From Chrysemys picta bellii (taxonomy: Eukaryota): a DNA stretch of 64,000 nt. The position numbers were made by a program, and so were the translations under genes. The DNA is taken from positions 350,424,001-350,488,000 of the forward strand of contig NC_088791.1 in assembly GCF_011386835.1 (NCBI RefSeq). Direction: 5' to 3'. The notes under the pieces were generated by a model, which was given only the letters and a program-made list of their open reading frames with translations, was not told the origin of the DNA and did not search any database. This document shows positions 11,410 through 25,240 of this stretch, piece by piece. How positions within the stretch are numbered: the first letter of the stretch is position 1; each line of letters opens with the position of its first letter.

Positions 11410-12107
11410 AGACAGAAATATATGTCTCCATATAAATCAATGGTATACCCACACCTTGAATAGTTTGTGCAGTTATGGTCACCCCATCTCAAGAAAGATA
11501 TGTTAGAGTTGGAAAAATACAGAGAAGGGTGACAAAAACTTTTAGGGTTATGGAACAGCTTCCATATGATGAGAGATTAAAAATACTGGGACTTTTCATC
11601 TTGGAAAAGAGATGAGTGAATGGGGATATGATAGAGGCCCCTAAAATCATGAGTGGTGTTGAGAAAGGGAATCAGGAAGTGTTATTTACCCCTTCACATA
11701 ACACAACAACCAGGGGTCACCCGTGAAGTTAATATGCATCAGGTTTAAAACAAATCAAAGGAAGTATTTCTTCACACAATACACAGTCAGCCTGTGGAAC
11801 TCATTGCCAGTGGATGTTGTGAAGGCCAACAGTAAAATTGGGCCAAAAAAGAAATAATTAAGTTCATGGAGGAGAGGCTCATCAGTACCTATAAGCCAAG
11901 ATGGTCAGGGACGCAACCCCATACTCTGGATGTCTGTAAATCTCTGACTGTCAGAAGATGGAAGTAGACAAGGGAGGATGGATCACACGATAATTGCCCC
12001 CTTCTTTTCTTTCCCTCTGAAGTATCTGAAGTGGCCACGGTCAGAAGACAGGGCATTGGGCTAGATGGACCATTGGTCTGACCCAGTATGGCCATTCCTA
12101 TGTTCTT
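11410..12107 (+). mobile_element. CR1 LINE 3' fragment
   Basis: ORF2 C-terminal DNA (CACCTTGAATAG..GTGCAGTTATGGTCACCCC, GGGACTTTTCATCTTGGAAAAG) plus 3' UTR and TTCTTA tail. Confidence 0.9.
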
Positions 12108-12205
12108 AAATTGTTCCTCTGATGGATGGGCTGCTCCAGAGAAGCTCTTTCCAGGGTTTCCCTCTATTATAGGGCTGTTGTAGCCACCCTAGCAGACGTC
12201 TGTGG

Positions 12206-12615
12206 TAGGTTGACCATACATCCCATTTTGGTCGGGACAGTCCCTTTTTAAGCCCTGTCCCAGCCGAACCGATTTTTTTTTTTTTCAAAAGGAGGCATTT
12301 CTCCCATTTGCTCTTGCAGGCTTGATCAGTTGGCAACAGAAAACAGGACAAATGCCCACTTCTATCATAAAAGTGGGGCAGTGGAGAGAGGAGGAACGTT
12401 TGGGGCAGGCAAGTGGAGATACAAGCCCCAAGCCGGGGGTGAGGCAGAGCTGGGAGGGGGCAGGCAGTGTTGTAACCACAGGTGACAGACTCCTGAAACC
12501 TGAGGGGGGCCCTACAGCATTCCAGTAATGGGCGACAGCCTCACACAGGGGCAGGGAGCCTTGGGCGAGAATCTGGGAGCCTCCTGTTTTCTCTTTGGGA
12601 AATATGGTCACCCCA
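12206..12615. mobile_element. Non-autonomous hAT (Blackjack-like) MITE
   Basis: Termini TAGGTTGACCATA / TATGGTCACCCCA resemble TAGGGTGACCA TIRs; also present at ~40121-40480, absent from module 1 (~2110). Confidence 0.65.
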
Positions 12616-15600
12616 ATGGACTGCTGAGTGTGGGAGGTTAATGGGGAGAGTAGTGCTGCCACCTAGGGGTGTGATCCTGTAGCACAAGGGACAGAGGCGC
12701 ATGGTTTGAGCCAGAGCTGTGCTGGAAAACAGAGCCCCCCCCCCCCCCCCCCCCCGCCTTCCACCCCATACACACACACACACTTTTGACCCAGTGATTC
12801 TGCCAAGCTGAAACTGCCTGGATCCCCAAGAGAAATTGGAGGCTTTTCATCTGTCTCTTCCTTATAAAGTAAATGAAGGTTGAAGTGACTGAATCTATGG
12901 TTGGACTCTGGGCATGGAAATGTTGAAACATCTCAAACAATCTACAGCTGGGGTATTGTGCCCATCAGCTACTCTAACCAGCCTTCCCTTCTCTGTGCAG
13001 CCCTCTCCACCCTGTACAACGCTCCTTCAGCAGATCCTGCGGCCAGTGGCTACTGTGACAGACCCTGGTAGCACATCTCTGATGAACCTGTGCTAGCTGG
13101 GAGGTGGAGAGGTTCCAAGAGCCGTTGTGGAGGCCCAGAGATTGTTGGTGGGTGGGCCTAGCTAGCAACGGATCACTGAGATCTGTGCCTAACTTTGGGG
13201 ATCCCTGGATCCTGGGTCCCCATTTTCATTTCTCAGAGAGAAGGGACGGGACTTCCCGTCCTGGAATGATCTGAGGGAAATTTACATGTACGGAGCCTTG
13301 TGGAATCTCCCTTCCCTGCCCTGCACCCTTGCAGGAAAGGAGGCTGCCGGGGAGAAATATGGTCCTATATAATTATTATTACTATTATTATTATTCCTAT
13401 TATCATTATTATGATTTATTTAATTTCAGCAAGATCACAGCTGTGACAGTATCATCGTTATCCCTCATCCATTCCCGAGGTAGCCATGTGACTAATCAGA
13501 ACCATACGAACAGCAGTGACAAGCCCAGATTCCAGGAATACAGTCTGCAGCAGGGCTTGGCACTGCAGTCCAGTTGGGCAGCATCACCACACATCCCCTG
13601 CGAACTGGCCTCCGGCAGTTTGCCATTGGCCGTGACGGGGGGTAAAGCTGGTGCACACTAAGCCAAGCAGCTGAGGTTCCCTGATGGCCAAGTGGCCCCC
13701 AAGGGAATGTGCAGGCATGCTTCATAAAGACACTTGCCTCCCTGTCTGAACAGATACTGCCTGCTGCCCCTGCAACCTCTCTGATGACTGATTGTCCTTT
13801 AGGGTGAAGCCGTCTGATGTCAGCGGCTCCTCGTCTAGCAGGAATTGGTACGTTGGCCGGTTTCACTGTCTTTAAAATGTGAAGTGAAGGGGAAAGGCTG
13901 TGAGCTGTTTCCTTTTGCAGATGTTCTGTGCTGTGACAGCAAACTCAGCTGGGCCATCGGGGTGACTCAGCGACAGGCCTGCAGGGCAGACAGTGCTAGG
14001 TTGCTTGGCAACCCCTCCCCTACATCTGCCCATGGTCCATGGTGGGTTATTCAATCTGTACAGAAATGTGACGTTGAAAGTGAGTGTGGAGTGTTAAAAC
14101 CCCTATTCCCTGAGTCAGGATTTCACAAGGGGTCCTGTTTCTAGAACTGCCGTGTGCTCTGGCCCTGATCCTGCCAGGGGCTGAGGGAGAGGAGACCCCA
14201 CAGAATATCAGTGACTAGTTCCCAAATTACCTCAGATTTATTTGCTCCTGGAAATTTAAACAGCAAATGCATTTTCAATGATTTGTTCTCTGGCTCGATT
14301 GTGAATTCAGAGCTCTGCTGCTCTATGGTAACAGGTCCAATAAGGCATATTTCTGTTTCCTGACTGGCTGAAGGCTCTAGACTCTCTGCCCTGTTTAGAC
14401 CCCTCAGAGTAATAGGGCAACCAGCATCCCTGCCCTTGCTCTGGTCTCTGAGTGCCAGATGACCATGTTGTAGCCTTCCCTGTCATGGGGTGCAATCCAG
14501 CGATCTTCCCACCGTCAGACAGGGCCCTGGGCTACTGCACACTGCTTGATGACCTTGCTTGCCGAGCAGGTCTGAGAGGGTTCAGCTCATGTGGGTCTTC
14601 CCTTCGGGAGCCTGTGACTAGTACAAGTGACCAGCCAGCCTTCTAGCCCCAAAATACTGTTTAATCTGAAGAGTAGGACAGAGACAGTCAGAGAGAGAGA
14701 GACAGAGAGAGAACAATAGACAACTTTCATGTGTGAAATGAAGTTCCAGTTCCATGAATACTCATGCATTTGACTTTGAAATCCACTTCCTGCAAACCCT
14801 CAGCGTGCCTGAATAACAGCTGCTGGGGTCACTGTGTACTGGAGAGTGAGAGGTCAGGGAATGAATATTTTATATACTTATCACAGTGCCTGTTACCACT
14901 CCAGCTACAAGCTACAGACTCACAGAACAGAATCTGAGGAGATCCAGTCAGCTATTAACCCAGGGACAGGGGAGCTACGAGACTTTTGTTTGCTGAAAAG
15001 TAACAGACTGAGGGCTGAGACCCTGTGATCTTTTCAGGTTCTGAGGAAATCCAGATGACAGAGGCTACATTTTAAGTCCCCCTGTAACCTGAGATATCAT
15101 CTCTGAAAGCAGATCAGAGGGAAAAGACTGGATTGATACGTTTGTACTAAAGTACAGATGTGTAAATGTTATGCCAAAACTTTTCATTGTAATACAGATA
15201 TTACAAACCAAACTTTCATGACATGAATATATATAAAAAGCCAGAAGCAGAGTTGTTGGAATCTCTACAGGAAGGAGAAGTGGTAACTGTACTGCTTAAT
15301 GGCTTTTGCTTTAGAAGGTATTTCAGTAGTACTCCAAATAGTGTTTGCAATGGGTTTCAGCTATTAACTCTTTGTTCAGTGAATAGTTGAATGATACTGT
15401 TTCCTGGGAAATGACCTGAAGCTGTCTCTAACACTTGCATTTGGGGTCGTGAACATTTTCCCTCTGCAAATCTTTCCAAAAAGTCATGAGAGACCACCAC
15501 TGGTCCGTGTTTCAGGAGAGAGTTGTGATGAGGTGCAGGAAAGGGGAGTGTAATAGTTATTCTATGTAATTTTTGCCCATCACCTCTTACACGTGCATGA

Positions 15601-15796
15601 CTAAAGTAACTTGCACACTCAAGTGGATATTAATGTAAACCTAGTGTTTGCACTATTCACCCATGTGTGATGCCAACCCCTCCCCCGCCCAGCTGAAGTA
15701 ACTGTCTGTGTTAGCTTGTAATCATGCAAGTATCTACAGACCACTGCATTGGGAGAGGATGGAGGTCCTGTGAGGATGAAGAGAAGGCTGTAGGAT

Positions 15797-15910
15797 GATC
15801 GAACTCTCTGAATTCAGTCAACTTTGGCCAGTCAGATCGAACTCTCTGAATTCAGTCAACTTTGGCCAGTCAGATCGAACTCTCTGTATTCAGTCAACTT
15901 TGGCCAGTCA
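15797..15910. repeat. 38-bp tandem triplication
   Basis: GATCGAACTCTCTGAATTCAGTCAACTTTGGCCAGTCA x3 (starts 15797, 15835, 15873; one mismatch); single copy in the other modules. Confidence 0.95.
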
Positions 15911-16733
15911 AAGCAGTTCAGCTCCTCCTGGAGAAATTCTTGGGGGTCAAAGTGTATCACCAGGAACATTTGGTAAGGGAAAGTTAATAGAGCCCGGTTC
16001 TGATCAAATTTACACATGTAAATCTGGAGTAATACCACTAAAGTCAATGATATTGAATTCAGAACCCGGCCCTAAGAATTTATCCCATGTGCTGGAAAGA
16101 GGCGGACACATTTATAAATAGCTTCAATCCAGGACAGATAAATACAATGACCACTTCCATCACGCACTTGCCATGAGTTTGAACACATGTTATGATACAA
16201 TGGGCCACAATCAGAAGTGGAGGGCCAGAAAGGGTGTCTATGGGAAGGTCACAACTGTAAAATCACACAGTGCACAATAGGCTGTGGTACTCCCTGCCAA
16301 AAGTTATCTATGAGGCGAGACCTGAGAAGGCTACAAACTGTTTATATAGGTAACAGGTAAATCCAATTATAGTTGTAAGGGTTTCTTTAAAAAAGTCTTG
16401 GAAGGGCCCTAAGTGGGTGTCAGGGGGAAACTTTATCTCACAGGGAACAGCTGTCTAGTGCAGGGTTTCTTCCACCTTCCTCTGCAGCATCTGGACCTGG
16501 CCACTGGATACTGAGCTAGATGGACTGCAGGTCTGATCCAGTCTGGCAGTGCCTATCTTCCTATCAATGGTGTAAATCCAAGACTATGTTTTTGATGATC
16601 TTCCTTGAGCTCCTGGGAGTCTCTAGACTTGCACTCAGAGCAGAAAGATGTCTCATTAAATATCAGCTCGTCTCCTGTTCTTTTTCCTTTCAGGAAGAAA
16701 AGTTCAAAACTCCTCTGACCTGCCCAGGACATT

Positions 16734-17666
16734 ATGTCAGCTGTCAATGACACCAGCTTCAACTCTGCAGTGTTCCTACTGACCGGGATACCTGGGCAGG
16801 AAGACGTCCATCTCTGGATCTCTATCCCCTTCTGCCTAATGTATGTTATTTCAATAGTAGGAAATTCAGTCATTCTGTTCATTATAAAAACAGATCCAAG
16901 CCTCCATGAGCCCATGTACATTTTTCTTTCCATGTTGGCAGTCACAGATATTGGCATATCAATAGCCACCATACCGACGATACTGGGCATATTCTTGTTT
17001 AACTCTAGGGAGATCAGCTTTGATGCCTGTTTAGCCCAGTTGTTCTTTATCCACTTGCTTCAATGTATTGAATCCTCCGTGCTCTTGTTGATGGCCTTTG
17101 ACCGCTTTGTCGCAATCTGTAACCCACTGAGATATGCTTCCATCTTAACCCTGCTGAGAATAGCCAAGATGGGACTGGTGTGTGTGCTAAGAGGAGTAGC
17201 CGTAATAATCCCACTCCCCCTTCTCCTGAAACGGTTCCGATATTGTCGAGCCAATGTGCTGTCCTATTCCTACTGCCTGCACCAGGACATCATGCTGGCT
17301 TGTTCAGACATCACAGTCAACAGCATCTACGGCTTGTCTGGTTCACTCTTAATTAATGGGTTGGACTCGCTGCTCATCTTCCTCTCTTATGTGATGATCA
17401 TCAAAACAGTGCTGAGCGTCGCATCTCCCGCAGAGTGCCTCAGGGCCCTGAACACCTGTGTCTCCCACCTCTGTGTTGTCCTGATCTTCTATACACCAGA
17501 GATAAGCTTGACTGTGATACACAGATTCGGGAATAGCTCTTCTCACTTGCTTCCGATTCTCCTGGGCTACATCTACCTGCTGGTCCCGCCCCTGTTGAAC
17601 CCAGTCATGTACAGCGTGAAAAGCAAACACCTTCGTGCGAGGATAATCAGGGTGTTCATCAAATGA
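16734..17666 (+). CDS. Class I olfactory receptor, OR51-family-like (OR copy 2), 310 aa
   Basis: Same OR motifs as copy 1; one-codon in-frame deletion in ECL2 (HQDIM-LAC). Confidence 0.95.
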   Translation: MSAVNDTSFNSAVFLLTGIPGQEDVHLWISIPFCLMYVISIVGNSVILFIIKTDPSLHEPMYIFLSMLAVTDIGISIATIPTILGIFLFNSREISFDACLAQLFFIHLLQCIESSVLLLMAFDRFVAICNPLRYASILTLLRIAKMGLVCVLRGVAVIIPLPLLLKRFRYCRANVLSYSYCLHQDIMLACSDITVNSIYGLSGSLLINGLDSLLIFLSYVMIIKTVLSVASPAECLRALNTCVSHLCVVLIFYTPEISLTVIHRFGNSSSHLLPILLGYIYLLVPPLLNPVMYSVKSKHLRARIIRVFIK

Positions 17667-19000
17667 CGGTTCAGTTCATCACCTGGCTCCAGCGCTGGTG
17701 ACACAGGAGATGAAAAACATGGGACATGGACACTTATTCCATCCTGGACCTTTATATCTGAGAACAGATGAGCTACTCATCTCCACTCTATAGAGAGAGG
17801 TTGAGACGGGGTCTAAGGCCTGGAGCAATGGGAGAGGGGCTGGTGAGAGAGGACAGGGCACTGGGGGAAGGAGACCAAGGCAGGCAGCAGCATTTACAAA
17901 GTGACCGTGTTCGTGGAGAGCCAGGGGACTGGTGGGATATTGGTGTATCAACAGCTGTATTGGTAGCTGCTCCAACCTCAGAATTCCTGGCTATACAGTC
18001 AATACAGAGAATGGAGGTGGATGTTGTTTCCCATTGCACCTGGCCTGTCACACCGTCCTGTCTCTGCTTAAACATGCACAGGCCATGAGGAAAGCTGCAG
18101 AGCTGTTCTGCACTCACAGTCCTGCTTCTTCCTGAGCGCTCTGGGTGCTGTGTGATCCATGGGTGCTGCAGTAACTGTGTTCAGGGGCTGTTCAAGGGGT
18201 ACGGACACCCACCCTTCCCCTACGCCCTCAGCCAGGTGCTTGTGACTGAGCCGTGTCAGAGACATGATTAATGTAGGAGCCCCAGGGGAAGCCATCCAGG
18301 CAGTATGTCCTCACCGCCCCCCACTGATGGCTCTGTCCACTGAACACCTTCTGAGCCCACTCCCCACCGAGGCAGAACAGAGCTGCGTGTGTGAGTGAGG
18401 GTCTGACACACAGGTGTCCTGTCAAGAGACTCAGGCCCAGATTCCCTCCTCCTCCCTCTGTTTGTGCTGCCCTAGCAATGCAAAGGTTTGGAAAAGGGAA
18501 TCCACTCCCCATCACAGGCACGGCTAGCTCCTCCCCCAGCCAGCCCATTCAGTGTAGGGTGACCACCTTTTCCAAAGGCAAAAGTAGAACATATACAAGA
18601 GCCACGTCTCCACATTGACGCAACCCCTGCCATTTTTTTCCCCCCCAGGCCACTCCCTCTTCCCATCCCTTCCGCCCACCCCCTTCTCCCAGTGGCCTAT
18701 CCAGGTTCTAACATCAGGGGGAGCGAACACATAAAAAAAGGCGCCACCTGGCATATCAAATTACTAATTACATACTTTTAAATTCGTTATACGTATTTAT
18801 TTTGTACTTAAAATAAAAACACAAGAATGATATTGTTTTACAAGTACGGGTGTTATTTTGCATTTAAAATATAAAAACAGTTTAACAGTATGCCATTATT
18901 TATATTGTATATAAAATCAAAATATAATAAAAACACGTGTTATTTACTTATTTTACACTTCAAAGATAAGATCAAAACAATATGATAATCTATGAAGCAA

Positions 19001-22000
19001 CTACAACAGCCTCTTTCGTCTAAGGTTCATTCTAGCAAAGTTACTTATTACTTTATTATAATCTACTTCAGTAGCCAATTGTCTTTCAATGGAGAGCAAA
19101 GCTAACCCAGACAATCTATCTTCACCCATTGTAGAGTGCAGATAGGTCTTTATAAGTTTGAGGATGACTATGAGTCGGCAATGTGACGTGACCATGAAAA
19201 AACCTAATGTGGTCTTGGGATGCATCAGGTGAGGTATTTCCAGTAGAGATGAGGAGGTGTAAGTACTGTTATACAAAGCACTGGTGAGACCTCATCTGGA
19301 ATGCTGTGTGCAGTTCTGGTCTCCCATGTTTAAAAAGGATGAAATCAAACTGGAACGGGTACAGAGAAGGACCACTAGGATGATCCGAGTAATGGAAAAT
19401 CTGTCGTATGAAAGGAGACTCGAGAAGCTTGGTTTGTTTACCTTAACCAAAAGAAGGCTGAGGGGGGATATGATTGCTCTCTGTAAATATATCAGAGGGA
19501 TAAATACCAGGGAGGGAGAGGAATTATTTCAGTTCAGTACTAATGTGGACACGAGAACGAATGGATATAAACTGGCCATCGGGAAGTTTAGGCTTGAAAT
19601 TAGACGAAGGTTTCTAACCATCAGAGGAGTGTAGTTTTGGAACAGCCTTCCGAGGGAAACAGTGCAGGTGAAAGACCTCTCTGGCTTTAAGATTAAGCTT
19701 GATAAGTTTATGGAGGGGATGGTTTGAGGGGATAAAGTGATTTTAATCAATAGGTCAATAACGTGCAGTCGCTGGTAATTAGTAACCATGGTCAATGATG
19801 GGATATTAAAAGTTACTACAGAGAACTTTTTCCAGAGGGTCTGGCTAAAGAATCTTGCCTGCATGCTCAGGAATCAGCTGATAGCCATATTTGGGGTCGG
19901 GAAGGAATTTTCCTCCAGGGTAGATTGGCAGAGGCCCTGGAGGTTTTTCGCCTTCCTCCGCAGCATGGGGCAGGGGTCGCTTGCTGGAGGATTCTCAGTG
20001 ATTTGAAGTCTTTAAATCATGATTTGGGGACTTCAACAGCTGAGTCAAGGGAAAGAATTAGTCCAGGAGTGGGTGGGTCAGCTTCTGTGGCCCGCATCAT
20101 GCAGGAGGTCAGACTAGATGATCATAATGTTCCCTTCTGACCTTAGAGTCTATGAGTCTATGAATCTATGAGCCAGCTAAAGGATCGTTCCACAACTGCG
20201 CTACTTATTGGCAAGGTCAGAAAAATGTGGTACAATCTCGAAAGATTAGGATAAATGGAACACATATCACTGGCGATCATGAATTTCAGTACACTGTGGA
20301 TGGTGAGTTTCTTGTCGACCCTTGACTTTACCCTACCGCTAGTGCTCATTATCTCTTTGTACATGTCTTTAAATGAAAGAAACTCTTCCACAATTTCAGT
20401 TTGACTGTTGATCACATCTGAGTACGTCTGCCAAAAATTCTAATTTGTTTACATTATCCACGTTGTCAAAATGCATTGGATCTAAACCACTAAATTTGGC
20501 AGCCACATTTTTAAAATGCTCGAATCTTTTACTCGTGCTAATTATAACAGAATCTAAGGACACTAAGTAGGATTCAACTATGAATTTCTTCCGGGCATCA
20601 AATATTCCTTCTTTATCCTCTGCAATTTCATCATGGAATCTTTTTCTCTGTCGTATTCTGTGCTGCTTATATTCTGTAGTAATATCACATTTTCGAGCCA
20701 ACTCGGTTGCTTCATTCTCAACCTGTTTGAATTCAGATTCAAATTCACTTTGAATGTTTGTCATATCATTTTCAAAAATCTGAATCAAATGAGAAGCTGT
20801 TACCAGATCTAGACTACTTTTCTGTAAATATGTGGATAAATGGAAAGCCTTCTCTAGCACTTTACTCCAGAATATAAGAAGAACTAAGAATTCGTAAGTA
20901 TCGAGTGTTGCCAGAATACCCTTTGCCTCAGTGAGCTGTTTAGGAGTACAGTTTTTTATCTCACCATCCACAATTCTTTGCAGGGCAATTACTAGTGCTG
21001 GTAAATTTTGTAAGACTGCATCCACTGCTGACTTTCTAGATGCCCATCTGGTATCACAAAGTTTCTTTAGAGTTAGTGCGAAAGAGTCAATAAGATTGCA
21101 TTGTTCTTCTTTTAGTACTGAAAGACAAGGTAAACTGCCAGAAAAAAAACTATACAGACTTTCAAGAGTTCCAAAAAACAACCGAGTTTGAATATTGGAT
21201 CGTAATGCATCAATCAGAATTCAATTAAAATTATGTGCACAACAGTGCGTAAAGAGTGCATTTGGAGCAATTTCCCGTATCCTAGTTTGGAGACCTGATA
21301 TTTCACCCGACATGGTGCTTGCTCCATCGTAAGACTGACCGTAACACATAGTTATTGACAACCCCAAGTTTTTGATTGCTGAAAGAAGAATGTTGAAAAA
21401 ATCTTCAGCACTTGCTCCAGATAATTCGCTGAATTGTATAAATCGTTCCATTGCATCACCGTTTACTGTTACATATTGTAAGGATAAAGAAAATTGATCA
21501 GTTCTGCTGATATCAATAGTAGAGTCAACAATTACAGCAAAGTACTTAGCTACTTTGATTTCAGCTACTATCTTTGATAGAAGCTCGGCTGATAAGGATT
21601 GTATCAGATCATTTTGTATGTCAGGACTGAGATATGTTGCATTTCGATCACTCAGTAATAAATGTTGTTCCAGTAATATATCATTTTTAGCCAACAGCTT
21701 AATAAGTTCCAAAAAATTGCCTTCATTTGTACTTGGGGAACCTAAACCTCGATACTCGCGATGACCGCGGCATGCCAATCCCTGAATTCCCAAAAAGAGA
21801 ACTGCATCTATAATACGTCGTAAAATCATCCTACTTTTTTCTATCTCTTTCCTTTCCACCGTTAGAAGACCAGCCAAGACTGTTCTATCGTTGAACAAAC
21901 GGAATTTGGTAAGGAAAAGTTCTTTCTCTGCTCTTTTGTGACTTTCACTTTTTTCATGTTTTTCAATTTTGTGCGTACCTTTAGCAAATTTCTTGCAACC

Positions 22001-22713
22001 AGTTTTTGGATCACTCCAAGCATCCGACCGATTTGCAAAAAGCCAACAAGCAAAACAAATCATAGTGTTTGCTCTTGGTGAGTATACCAGCCAGTGCCGG
22101 TTGATTGTATGAACACTTTTCACTTGTTTTTGTTTGTACCAAGTTGCACGGAAATGACGTCCAGCTTCATTTTTTGGAAAATTGTCAAAATTATCTTTAC
22201 ATCCTGGCTGACAAGGGCCTAACTCAAGCAGAGCCCATACTAGATCAAGTGTTACAGGTGTGTCACAAAACAAGTGTGGATCTGTTTGGGTATTCCCTAT
22301 GTGTGTCAATAATAGCACGGAGTCTTACTGTGTCATTTTTGTCCTCTGCATGATAGTCTGCTGAAGTAATCAGGTCTTCTGAGGACTCCACTTCCCCTAC
22401 CTGTGCAGCCGTTAGCAGCCCGGATGCTGTGACCAGCTCCTAGGTTGAAGGTAGGTACTAGCAAGTCTTCAGAGGGTTTTACCTCTGGTGAAGTCATAAC
22501 AGCCGGGGCACCATCTCCAGCTCTTGGGCTGAAGGTAGGTAGCAAGTGTTCAGAATGTTCCGCCTCTGGTGCAAAAGACGTCGTGGGCGTATCGAATGAA
22601 AAGTAGGCCTTCAACTTCACATATTTTGGCGATTCTTTTACTCGATTTGCATCTTCCTTCATCTTCTTGCTGTCCCACCCAGATAGTTTCTTCTTCTTAA
22701 TGCGCTTATCCAT
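19001..22713 (-). pseudogene. hAT transposase (ZMYM1-like; TTF zinc finger, DUF4371, hAT dimerisation domain)
   Basis: WLVYSPRANTMICFACWLF, FAVIVDSTIDIS, GQSYDGASTMSG, HCCAH, LCDTRW, VERSFS, KLIKTYLHSTMGEDRL; in-frame TGA at 21221-21223, frameshifts near 20420 and 22330-22500, and a CR1 insertion. Confidence 0.92.
19163..20171 (+). mobile_element. 5'-truncated CR1 LINE nested in the transposase
   Basis: ORF 19284-19634 RPHLECCVQFWSP..LERVQRR..RLRGDMI..KFRLEIRRRFLT (CR1 ORF2 C-terminus); (TCTATGA)n tail; splits ERSFSWL|KLIKT. Confidence 0.95.
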
Positions 22714-24759
22714 CCCTTCTCAGAAACAAATAAAATAAATATGAACAATATATGATTGTTTTTAAAATGTGAATTATTTAAAAAAACTGTCCACAGGACA
22801 GCCAGGTCAATTTCACAGCTCTATGAATTTGATGCTCATCGAATCTGGTCAGCAAAGTGTTAAATGATTTGTTGAAAAGGTGCCACTTTATTCAAAAGTA
22901 GAGGAGAAGCGAAAACAATCCGCACACTAAGAAGTAATCAAACAGACTGAACTATTTGAAATTATCCAAAGGGTTCAGCATTTGTTTATATTGCAGGAAA
23001 CAATTCTTATGAGTATGCGTGCTTGGGTGGGTGCCTGGGTGAGTGAGTGTACATGTCAACCGATTTAAAAAAAAAGCACCGACAAAAGGGCGAAGACAAA
23101 ATGTTTAAAAAAATGTGGGCCTCTTGGCTCTTGCAAGGGATTCACATATTACAAGACTGACTAATGCTGTAGTGGTAAGTGTTACAAGTGTACAGAGGAC
23201 GTTTCTACCGCATTTGATTATGTGATGGAAGCTACTGCCCGGTACCAGGGGCTTTCCTGCACGAAAAAAGCAAGTCCCGCTGATGTGTCATTTGTTCCTG
23301 CGAAGTGAGAGCAAGTCGAGATTCCTGCTAAACAGGGGGCTGGATTGGACCTGGTTGCGCTGATGACATCACCAGGCAGGTTGGGTTATAAATGAATGAA
23401 GGAGAAGTCCGGAGCACTAGCTCCTCACTTGCAAGGAGGCTGCGAAGCTTGTCCAGAAGAAAATGACACCACTCAAAAATTATTTGGAGGTACCTGTATC
23501 GGAATGCGCTCTTTCATAGGCGTTCTTTCGTCAGTGCTTTTTTGTCCTGCGTAGAAATGTAAACATTTCCACAGACATCCCCAAATACACACAGCAACAC
23601 ATCCAAATACACACTCAGAAGCACATACACTTTGACACACAGAGCATGGACACTGATGCGCTCCCCCAAACACACACACTGACACACAGTTCATCGGTCA
23701 CCCACACACCCTGCCATGCATAAACACCCCCAGGCACGCAAACAGTTCAGTTCACTACTTTAGAAGGATAACAACTGTTGCCCAAGTTTGATGTAGAGGA
23801 TGACAAATAGATTCTGAAGTTTGCGGCAAGGGGAGTCCAGTGAGGATATGAGAGAGAGGGAGATCCCAGTGGCATCAGGAGAGATCTGGAGTGGGCGTCT
23901 GGTAGGGGAAGAGGGTATGGGAGAGTGGCAGTCCTGTTCTGGTAGGGCACTATGCTGAAAGTGTTGGTTGGGGGGTCTCCAAAGAAGGACTGCTGCAGAG
24001 AGGAGGGGTCCAGGGTTTTAGAGGAGATATTGGGGAAGGGGGAGGGTTCCAGGGTTGACTCTTGGGTGGGTAATCCCTGGGTAATTTCTGCGTGAGGCAA
24101 GGATCAGAAGATTCCAGAGAAGGGGAATGTCCTGGAGTTGGGATATTCTGGGTGGGTGTTGGGGGGTCTTTTGGGAGAGAAGAGATTACAGAGGTGAGGT
24201 TACAGGATTGGGAAGGGGGAGGAGATTTTGGAAGGTTTATGGGGGAGAGGGCTCCAGGGGCAGAGATGCTGGGGGAGGGAGTTTGAGGAAGAAGTGAGTC
24301 CAGTGGGAAGATTGTGGAGAGGGCTTTTCCAAGGAGCGGTGGGGGGGTCTGCATCACTCCTCCCAAGGACAGACCTTTCTGGTGTCTGACTTCACTGGCT
24401 AGCGCTCAAGCCACAAGTGACGGGTCCCTTGGAGACACCTCTCCCCATAGCAACGTAATCGCTTCCGGTTCAGATCCTGACAATAAGCAGCAAGATGAGC
24501 GGGGGAAAGAGACAGACAGACAGAGCCAGGGGAGGGGACGGGTCTTGCTGCAGGGAGCAGGAGGGCTCGGCAGCTAGGGGCCAGGTCTGTTGGGGGACAG
24601 AGGGTGGGGGATGGATGGGATGTGCGCATAGGCATGTGCAGCCCATTTCATTAGGGTGTGCACCCAGGGAGCCACACCCTAGACGAACCCCTGCCCTAGT
24701 CCTGCCCCCATCCACTCCCTTCTACTTCCTGCCCCCTGACTTCCCCCCTCAAAACCCCC

Positions 24760-25240
24760 AAACCCCCCTGCTCCTTGTCCCCTGACTACCCCCTCCTGGG
24801 ACCCCTGCCCCTAACTGCCCCCCAGGACTCCACCCCCTACCTGTCCCCTGACTGCCCCGACCCTTATCCACACCCCCACCCCCAGACAGACCCCTGGGAC
24901 TCCCACGCCTATCCAATTCCTCCTCACCCCCTGACAGGACCCCCAGAACTCCCGACCCATACAACCCCCCGCTCCCTGCCTCCCCCAACCCCTCTCCACA
25001 CCCCTGCCTCCTGACAGCCCCCCCAGAACTCCTGACTCATCCACCACCCCAGACCCCAGCTCCTTGTCCCCTGACCCCCACTCCAGAGACCCCCCCGCTA
25101 ACTGCCCCTCCGGACCCTCCTTGCTCCCTGTCCCCTGACTGCCCTGACCCCTATAAACCCTCGCCCCCTGAGAGACCTCGGGACTCCCATGCCCCATCCA
25201 ATCCCCCCTGCTCCCTGACTGCCCCCTCCAGAGACCCCCA
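24760..25240. repeat. C-rich degenerate tandem array inside the hAT 5' arm
   Basis: Recurrent CCTGACTGCCCC / GACCCCC / GAACTCC motifs; G-run-rich on the minus strand. Confidence 0.7.

Noticed and set aside
15797-15910. 38-bp direct repeats (also 58248-58360) resembling CRISPR repeat length
   Set aside because: Head-to-tail with no spacers, no cas genes, vertebrate context.
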